Positions 1-6,917 of a DNA stretch of 18,590 bases are shown here, in pieces (within the stretch, counting starts at the first letter, position 1; every line of letters starts with the position of its first letter). This DNA comes from Vitrella brassicaformis CCMP3155 (Eukaryota > Protista > Chromerida). The stretch spans positions 1-18,590 of the forward strand of contig CDMY01000807.1 in the NCBI GenBank assembly GCA_001179505.1, in the 5' to 3' direction. The notes beneath the pieces are model-generated. The model did no database searches. It worked only from the letters and a program-made list of their open reading frames with translations, and was not told the origin of the DNA. The position numbers and the translations under genes are program-made.

Positions 1-125
1 GTCCCTCCTTCTCGTGAACCGTCCCTCTGGCTCATCTGTTGCCTTAACGGGCAACGACAGCGATCCTCCACAGCCACTCTCATCTACCGACACTTACCGT
101 GCTCTGACCGTTTGTGTTTCGTCCC

Positions 126-2222
126 ATGTCTGATCTCTTTGCTCCCGCTGCTGCCTCGAATCACCATGGCCAATCGGGGCCCCGCATCCACGACGCGTGC
201 GAGGTGTCACACGAGACCTGCTTGATCATCGACAATGGCACGGGATTCATCAAGGCGGGGCTTTCAACCGCCAAGATGGAACCAACCGTCGTCATCCCCA
301 CCCTCGTCGGCAGGCCAAAGCCAAGGTAGCGCACGACACACATGGCGGGAGATGAGATCATTTGCATGGCTGGGTGCATCTCTCAGGTTTGCGTGTGAGT
401 TTGAGAAGGCTGACGAGCGTTTTGTTGGAGATGCGATAGATGCTGTGAGGGAGAAGCTGACGTTCGAAGAGCCAATCGTACACGGGGCCATAGAGGACTG
501 GATGGAGGTCAGGCAAACACAAGACACAATGCACACCCCTGCACATGAAGAAGGTATTAATGTCTTGGTGCAGATGGAGGAATTGTGGTCCATAGTGTTC
601 GACTCGCTGGGCGTCATGCCCGACCCATCCGCCATGCCACAAGACGCACAGCACCACGGGGCAGCTTCTTCTTCTCCCGTGTTGCTGACAGAGCCCCCAT
701 TGACCCCATCCCGTTCAAGCATTCGGAGCGCCGAGATCATGTTTGAGTATTTCAGGGCACCTGAGCTGAGGCTGGCCACACAGGGGGTTCTCGCCCTGCT
801 TGGGTGAGGCCGGCAGACACAGATAAAGGGTAGGCAGGCGGGGATGGGACAGTGTTGTGTTGTGTAGGTTGGGCAAGACAACCGGCGTTGTGGTTGAGAT
901 GGGCGACGCCATCACACAAGTCGTCCCCGTATACGACGGTGAGTACAAGCATTCACAGACAGACACTCACGACATGTGCAGTCGTCAATCGATTGATGGA
1001 TGAATCATCCATCCATCCATCAGGGTACGCGTTGCGTCACGGGATTCGTCGCGTTGATTTGGGTGGCCAGGACATTACGATGCTGCTGCAGAGGGCTTTG
1101 TGTGACAGGGGATACCCCCTTACCACTAGGACACACCAGGTTCGCATACATGGAAGATCTGCACTTGAGCACCTGTTGTGGGTATGCTCAGCTCCAGGTT
1201 CGTCGGATGAAGGAGAACTGTTGCTTCGTCGCGCAGTGCCCCGAAAGTACATCAAACCAACGTCATAGGTGCAAAATGTGCGTACACCTGTTGTGGTGTT
1301 GTGCAGGTGCGAGTCATCAGTCCGCTGAGTCCCTGCAGGTTGCCCACGAGCTCTCATTTAGCCTCAGCAACCACGAAAGGTCAGTCACACACAATGTTGC
1401 ACGACGAAGGCGCCCAGTGAAGGGAATCATGTATCCCCATTCCTGTGGTCGATCAGCGTGGTGTGTCTGGACCACGAGCGGTATTTGTGCCCTGAGGTGC
1501 TTTTCCACCCCTCACTCATACACAGGGAGCTACCAGGGCTGGGACAGCTCGTCTGGCAGGCTATCGAGGTACGCGGATGTCACGGCACAGCACACGTGCA
1601 ATACCAGCTGGTCTGTGTCACATATACATGTAAGTCAGCAGAGATCGACACCCGTCAGTCGCTGTGGAAGAACATCTTCCTCACCGGTGGCTCCTCCCTC
1701 TTCTCAGGACTGCAGGAAAGGTACACAAACACAGAAAAAAGCAGTCAGGTCGACTGGCCTCTATATGGATGTGACGTCATGCTTTCAGGCTGCAGACAGA
1801 GGTGGCGCAGTACGCACCTGAGAAGTCCTCAAAACGAGTCACGTAAGCAGACGCACAAGGTAATTCTCACGGAAATGCTCTCTTTGTGCTATGGTTTGTC
1901 TTGTGTGCAGCGTTCATGCGTGGGAGGGTCGTGAGCACGCTGTGTATCAAGGGGCTGCACAGGTGTGCGCGCCCTCCATCAAAGCACTCGAGGTGACAAT
2001 GCACATGCGCGTGTTGACAAGGATTCACTGCGTTCTGCACTATGGTGTGTCACAGTCTGACCTGTGGATCAAGGCCAGCGAATATGCGGAGGAGGGGCCG
2101 AACATTGTACAGAGAAAAGTAACACTCGGAAGAGCAGCACCAAATCTTGATCACTGGATTTGGATATGCGTGTGTGCGTGGCCTTGCTGCTGTCCATGCA
2201 GGCTATGATGCGGTACAACTGA
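126..2222 (+). CDS. Divergent actin-like / actin-related protein, multi-exon and apparently complete
   Basis: Exon peptides follow actin in order: LIIDNGTGFIKAG (phosphate-1 loop), VIPTLVGRP, FVGD..EPIVHGAIEDW, PVLLTEPPLTP..IMFEYF, TTGVVVEMGDAITQVVPVYDG (phosphate-2), YALRHGIRRVDLGGQDIT, ERYLCPEVLFHP, NIFLTGGSSLFSGLQER, WIKASEYAEEGPNIVQRK. GT-AG introns, e.g. donor 326/acceptor 386 and donor 2119/acceptor 2201. ATG at 126, TGA at 2220-2222. Some internal exon edges are approximate. Confidence 0.92.
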
Positions 2223-2647
2223 TTGTCATTTGTGTAGGGTCCTTTGCTGGCGGTCCTTTGTTGGTTTCTTTGTCCTATTTGTAACACAACATGGATGCAT
2301 GGATGCGTTTAGCCGCTGCTTTTATGCGAGACGGTCACACAGCAATGAGCCAACGATCGAAGCATTACATGTGTGTCTCAAACCACATCGCACTCAGTAG
2401 ACTACCATGCGTCAGATCTCTTCGTCGACCCGCTTCTTGCGCCTTTTGCCGCCGTGGGCAGTGCTGCTGCACGTTGGAAGTCTACCTGCGCCTACTCACG
2501 TGGACGGGAGTCCAGAAATGATAATATAAAGTCTGTATGGTCTGTTTCATGTGTGGAGTTTTCCCGTCAGATAGCAGTGGCCAGGTAGTGTGGCTGACAG
2601 GTGGTGGGCTCGACTTAGTGTGCTGCTCCAGACACAACGCACAGACG

Positions 2648-2864
2648 AAATGGGCAATGCGTAGGTGCGAGGAGTAGGGCACCACCTCAAATGTGGACGG
2701 CGGGGACCAAGGAGTGGGTATGGACGGTGGGAACCACCTCAAATGTGCCCTACTGAGGTGTGTATACTCCTTGCCCATTTGAGGTGTGTATACGGGAGGT
2801 GTGGACGGGCTGTCTTCCCGTGTGGACGGGCTGTCTTCCCGGCAGGAAGACAGCCCGTCCATAC
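2648..2864. repeat. Mosaic of short direct and inverted repeats ending in a 17-bp-stem hairpin
   Basis: ACCACCTCAAATGTG x2 (2681, 2733); TGAGGTGTGTATAC x2 (2754, 2780); GTGTGGACGGGCTGTCTTCCC x2 in tandem (2799, 2820). Positions 2823-2839 are the exact reverse complement of 2845-2861. Confidence 0.9.
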
Positions 2865-3641
2865 GTTGCCTGTACAAAGTCTACATGGGCTGTTTTCATG
2901 GTGTGATACATATGAAAGTGAGTCAAAGAGACATGGAATGAATGAGTAGGGAAGCAGTGACGTAAAACTGGTCATCCATTGACTCACTCAGTGCAAATAT
3001 GGTGTTTGACTGATGATTGACTGACTCAGGGTCTCCATGAGGGCAAACAATCCTCAAAGTCCGTTTTTGACTGAGAAAAAGTCCGTTTGAGAAGATTGCG
3101 AATTATTTCAAAAACTCACCATTGGCGTGCAGCATTCGTCGAAATACCTATTCGGCTGAGACAGTGAACTCATCGTGCGATGAGATATCTTTGACGATGT
3201 TAGGGATGGACGATACTGTACCGGCAGCGCGGCGGCACCACATCGCTGAGAAGAGGCGCAGCAGCACCTGTGCGTGGCTGATGCAATCCGGCGAGCTTGC
3301 ACAGCCACCACCCGTGAATTCTTTTAGAATTACTCCCTTTTGATATTTTCATTTTGCAGGGGTTTGCGAAGTTTTATAATGGAGATGGCTGATGTGGGGG
3401 CGGTGAAGTGAAGAGGGTCTAAGTGTTGTTTTCAATGGCTAAAACAAGCCTCAAAATAGCATTTCCCCCTCCCCCCCCCTTTCCCCCGGTCATCGCCCAA
3501 AGCTCTTAAAATATCTCCTCATCATTTGACGATTTTTGAAGTTCTTCTGCGGTTTGGCGTTTTTCAAATATTTTTCGGCACATTTGGGACGTTTTAAAAA
3601 ATGCGCGGTCAGGGGAAGAGGCTTGCACGGGGTGTGCACAC

Positions 3642-3799
3642 CAGGCACAATCACGACATTTTTGTTGTCCACCGCGATGCTGCCGCGCAGCAACGTGCTG
3701 TTGTTCGTCTCTGGCACTCTATTGTGACGCAAACACACACGCACGCAGCCATGAAACGAAGTCGTCGTGTCGTGCGTTGAGGGGGGTCCGCTTACGTTT
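3642..3799 (-). pseudogene. Probable host gene fragment (intron plus exon) truncated by the LTR element
   Basis: On the minus strand there is a strong donor GTAAGC at 3795, a 77-nt intron with a GTGTGT tract and acceptor ...CACAATAG at 3719, then an open exon (VPETNNSTLLRGSIAVDNKNVVIVP). Only 4 nt of the upstream exon remain before the LTR start at 3800. No homology recognised. Confidence 0.3.
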
Positions 3800-4272
3800 T
3801 GTTACGAGGTGGCATTTTAAGCCGAATAAGGGGCTGAATTCAAGCACTATTCATTCCCGTCTCGGCTCACTCTCAGTGAAGTTCTCAGTAGAATGACGCT
3901 TCGCTGATAAAGGGAGGGAGGTGTTCTAGCAGCACCGACCTCGTCCGGCATCAGACACACAGAAATCCGGTCGAAATGAGCTGTGGATGTGTGTGTGTGT
4001 GGCTGTGCCACCCATGCGAATGAGAGACGTCCGAGCCGAATTCAGTGCAAGGGGCGACATGAGTATTATGGATGGATTGCATGATGAGTGTAGTGTATCG
4101 GTTGAGCGTAGTGTATCTGTGTAGGTAGGAAGCAGATGATACATGGAAGGTAGGGAAGACGGCACATGCAGACAGGAATGATTCTGGGAAGCACATGCAT
4201 GACAGATGGATGGCAAGAGGAAGGCATGGCAAGGCGCAGCTAACACGAGTGGCCCAGACTACCACGAGAACA
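3800..4272 (+). repeat. 5' LTR (composite)
   Basis: Closely matches 6641-6917 over the first ~160 bp and again at GCTGTGCCACCCATGCGAA.GAGAGACGTCCGAGCCGAATT. Ends AGAACA (4267-4272), followed by AA-TGG. Confidence 0.8.
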
Positions 4273-4275
4273 AAT

Positions 4276-4900
4276 GGTTGCGACAGGACGTGTTGAATTG
4301 TCGCAAGGGTTAAGTGCGAGCTTTTGCGAGCCTGAAACGGTTAGGATCGACCGTTATTCAGGATCGCCGGCTTCAAGATCGCCGGCTTCAGGATCGCCGG
4401 CCGAAGGACTTTCGAAGGACTTGGCCATCCTGTCGTTATTGCTTCTTCAGATCAGATTTTTCCGACAAACTTGACAGAATCGTTGACTTTGACAGATTTC
4501 TTGTTTTCTTTGCATATGATGGACATAATCGTTAATGTGTGTGCATCCCCCGCCACCCTGTGTGGCAGCTTTCACTGAAGGGACGTGCGCGACCACCAGT
4601 GAGCGTGCACAAGCAACCTCAGCCTCGACAAAGAGAGACATCATCCCCACATTGCGTCCAAGTGACTCAGGTGAGCATCAAGCTTACGCACTGACTTCAT
4701 AGTGCGAGGACCTTAAGCGAGGGTAAGCACAAGCAACACTTCACTGACAGACAGTCACACACGTGTCGCGACAGGACGCCAATCAACCGAACAGCAACCA
4801 CACCAACCAGGAGGGAGCCCTCGTGCATTTTGGTACACCGTCCGGGAGCAGCTTGATAGCTCAGGACACCTGCGACAATTCAACACGTTCTGTCGCAACC
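4276..4900. repeat. 625-bp segment bounded by 30-bp inverted repeats (29/30 match); candidate MITE-like insertion or structured leader
   Basis: 4276-4305 is GGTTGCGACAGGACGTGTTGAATTGTCGCA. The reverse complement of 4871-4900 is GGTTGCGACAGAACGTGTTGAATTGTCGCA. Confidence 0.85.
4357..4401 (+). repeat. 15-bp tandem repeat x3
   Basis: TTCAGGATCGCCGGC / TTCAAGATCGCCGGC / TTCAGGATCGCCGGC, followed by CGAAGGACTT x2. Confidence 0.95.
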
Positions 4901-4903
4901 TCA

Positions 4904-5794
4904 ATGGTGGAGACGAGGCATAGCAAGCGAAAGACGCAGCCGTCTTCAGCTGACGGAGGCGTAAACAAAGGGGGCGGTCCGAAGGGAAAGGGACGCAACA
5001 CCACACAGGGGAAGGCCACGAAGGCGAAGAGGGAGCACACGAAGGAAGAGGATTCAGACAGTGTGATAATGCACCGCCAGCAGCCAAGCACAGGAGCTGC
5101 CGCGCGCGATGCAAATGACATGCGCGACGACCACCGGGTGGGTGAGATCACGCAAAGAATGACAGGCTTGGACCTGCAGAAGCCATCGATGAACATCCGG
5201 CTCTTCACAGGCACGTCAGATGTCCGGATTGAGGACTTCATTGAGGATGTTAAGCTGGGCGAGCAATTGTTCCGTCTTAAAGGGGAACGCCTTCTGCCAT
5301 ACATCGTGAGTGCACTGCATGGCACTGCACACACAAGGGTGACCCGGTGGATATCAGCACAGACAGAGACGGGCGTATGGGAGAACCTCAGTGGGGAGGA
5401 GCGAGTGGCCAGCCTCCTCGCCTACATGAAGCGGGAGTTCGGCCAGAAGGAATCACAGACCCATGTGTTAACCGAGAGGATGAAAACATGGCGGCAAAAG
5501 CCCAAGCAGACATTCGAACAGGCGTTCGATGAGTTCACAGAGCTTCATCAAAGAGCACGGACACCAGAACCCCAAGGAGTAGGGCAAATCGTGGATGGGT
5601 TGGATTGTAGACTGAAAGAGGAGATACTTCGAAAGGAGCCTATTTCGCACTCGGATCAGATCATGTACCTACCACAAAGAGACAGAGCGAGGCTCAGGCA
5701 GCATTTGACCCGATGGCATATGAGCCAAGCCTCAAAGACATCCAGCCAGACGACCGATTTGACCGCGTCGAGAAACACGAAGTGCAAGCAGTGA
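4904..5794 (+). CDS. gag: Retrotransposon Gag (capsid-like) protein
   Basis: First ATG at 4904 (MVETRH...). Contains IRLFTGTSDVRIEDFIEDV, the major-homology-like WRQKPKQTFEQAFDEFTEL and IVDGL. The 3' end runs into a probable deletion junction around 5611-5713. Confidence 0.72.
   Translation: MVETRHSKRKTQPSSADGGVNKGGGPKGKGRNTTQGKATKAKREHTKEEDSDSVIMHRQQPSTGAAARDANDMRDDHRVGEITQRMTGLDLQKPSMNIRLFTGTSDVRIEDFIEDVKLGEQLFRLKGERLLPYIVSALHGTAHTRVTRWISAQTETGVWENLSGEERVASLLAYMKREFGQKESQTHVLTERMKTWRQKPKQTFEQAFDEFTELHQRARTPEPQGVGQIVDGLDCRLKEEILRKEPISHSDQIMYLPQRDRARLRQHLTRWHMSQASKTSSQTTDLTASRNTKCKQ
4905..4915 (+). promoter_or_regulatory. Candidate primer-binding site complementary to a tRNA-Ala 3' end
   Basis: TGGTGGAGACG is the reverse complement of CGUCUCC-A-CCA, which fits a G3:U70 tRNA-Ala acceptor end. 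The host tRNA set was not available to confirm this. Confidence 0.5.
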
Positions 5795-6246
5795 TCGGCA
5801 AGAGAAAACATCGAGGCAGAGTGCAGTACAAGTTGAAATGGCGATGGTGGCCTGTCTCGTATGCCACCTGGGAAGACGAAGGGAACTGCACCTGCCCCGA
5901 ACGTGTGCAAGAGTACGAAAACCGGACGCGAGGTGACGAGCGTACCTTTGATGATGCGCCGTTCCCGAAACTAAATGCGACGGTGAGGATCACGCATTGC
6001 AAGGAGCTCAATCGTGAGCACGTCGTGAAGGTCATTGGCCTTGACAAGCGAGGAATCAAGATGGAGTTCCTTGACGAGCCTACGCGCACCAAGCTATCCA
6101 GGAGGGAGAGCATGGTTGGGGAGAAAAGCATCATCCAGCTGAAGGACTTTCTGAGGGACTACCAATGGGAAGCTGAGCTTGGCTCAGAAGCAGTAGCCGC
6201 AGGCGAAACGATGCTGCCCACTGATGCCCTCGAGCAGCAGGTCTGA
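5713..6246 (+). CDS. Chromodomain-containing remnant of the integrase C-terminus, with an extra C-terminal domain
   Basis: HEVQAVIGKRKHRGRVQYKLKWRWWPVSYATWEDEGNCTCPERVQEYE (5776-5919) matches the chromodomain consensus. The frame is open from 5611 and is -1 relative to gag. Confidence 0.85.
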   Translation: MAYEPSLKDIQPDDRFDRVEKHEVQAVIGKRKHRGRVQYKLKWRWWPVSYATWEDEGNCTCPERVQEYENRTRGDERTFDDAPFPKLNATVRITHCKELNREHVVKVIGLDKRGIKMEFLDEPTRTKLSRRESMVGEKSIIQLKDFLRDYQWEAELGSEAVAAGETMLPTDALEQQV

Positions 6247-6628
6247 AGGGCAACAGCAGCGGCCGAAGGATGAGAGGAAATTGAACCCGTCAAAGTACCT
6301 GACAGCAGCAGCACCAAAAGAGGGGCTGCTCGTGAGGTTGTTTCTCGAGCCTTACAGTGTCATCGTTGAAGCCGAAGCCCTCGGGCAACAGCCCACCGAC
6401 GGGCTGGGGGCGAGAGGGTGAATGTAACATAGTGGACGAGTTCCTTTAATTCGCTTAGGACAGGACTTCCACACCCATGCTGCTCTGCAGCCGGTGCTGT
6501 CCTTGAATGGCCAGTCATTGGTGGGTTGGGCTGAGCCAAAAATCAAAAACAAAAACAGTACGAAATAGTAACCCCAAGGGCTTAAAATGCCACAGAAAGT
6601 ATGATGCTGCTCGGAGATCAGCATATAT

Positions 6629-6640
6629 AAAGGGAGGGAA
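6629..6640 (+). promoter_or_regulatory. Polypurine tract (plus-strand primer)
   Basis: AAAGGGAGGGAA immediately precedes the TG start of the 3' LTR. Confidence 0.8.
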
Positions 6641-6917
6641 TGTTACGGGGTGGCATTTTAAGCCGAACAAGAGACTGAGTTCAAACACCATTTGTTCCCG
6701 TCTCCGGCTCATTCTCAGTGAAGTTCTCAGGAAAATGACGCTTCGCTGATAAAGGGAGGGAGGTGTTCTAGCAGCACCGACCTCGTCCGGCATCAGACAC
6801 AGCTGTGCCACCCATGCGAACGAGAGACGTCCGAGCCGAATTTGCAATGTGGGGACTGTCAAGGAACGAAGAGTATGGATGGATTGCAGGTCTGGGAAAC
6901 TTGCATTAACCGTAACA
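6641..6917 (+). repeat. 3' LTR (composite, shorter than the 5' copy)
   Basis: TGTTACG...CGTAACA. Homologous to 3800-4272, with substitutions and large indels in the 3' half. Confidence 0.82.

Larger units (their letters stand above)
3800..6917 (+). mobile_element. Non-autonomous Ty3/gypsy chromovirus-like LTR retrotransposon (gag + chromodomain, pol absent)
   Basis: Direct repeats start TGTTACG at 3800 and 6641. The element ends CGTAACA at 6917 (7-bp terminal IR). PPT AAAGGGAGGGAA lies immediately before the 3' LTR. Internal gag-like ORF and chromodomain; no protease, RT, RNase H or integrase motifs; no TSD. Confidence 0.85.

Noticed and set aside
2820-2890. Hairpin as a Helitron 3' end or terminator
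   Set aside because: No CTRR terminus at the expected distance on either strand and no U-tract; kept only as an unexplained hairpin.
2291-3343. Short ORFs between the actin-like gene and the LTR
   Set aside because: Short, motif-free and partly translations of the repeats; no consistent gene model.
3809-3826. GTGGCATTTTAAGCCGAA as a dinoflagellate/Perkinsus-like spliced leader (a possible CRE target)
   Set aside because: Only loose resemblance to GTAGCCATTTTGGCTCAAG, no adjacent donor or Sm site, and it is simply part of both LTRs.
4275-4290. Tf1/sushi-type self-priming PBS
   Set aside because: No complement was found inside the LTR; the only complement is downstream at 4871-4900.
4357-4422. 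Short repeats as a CRISPR array
   Set aside because: Units are 15 bp, head-to-tail with no spacers, in eukaryotic DNA with no cas genes.
4723-4903. GTG-initiated N-terminal extension of gag, and a possible intron at 4723-4774
   Set aside because: No ATG before 4904, the upstream exon has an in-frame stop, and the region lies within the inverted-repeat segment; at most a 5'UTR intron.
5611-5794. Programmed -1 frameshift joining gag to the chromodomain
   Set aside because: No X-XXY-YYZ slippery heptamer in the overlap; an internal deletion explains the offset more simply.
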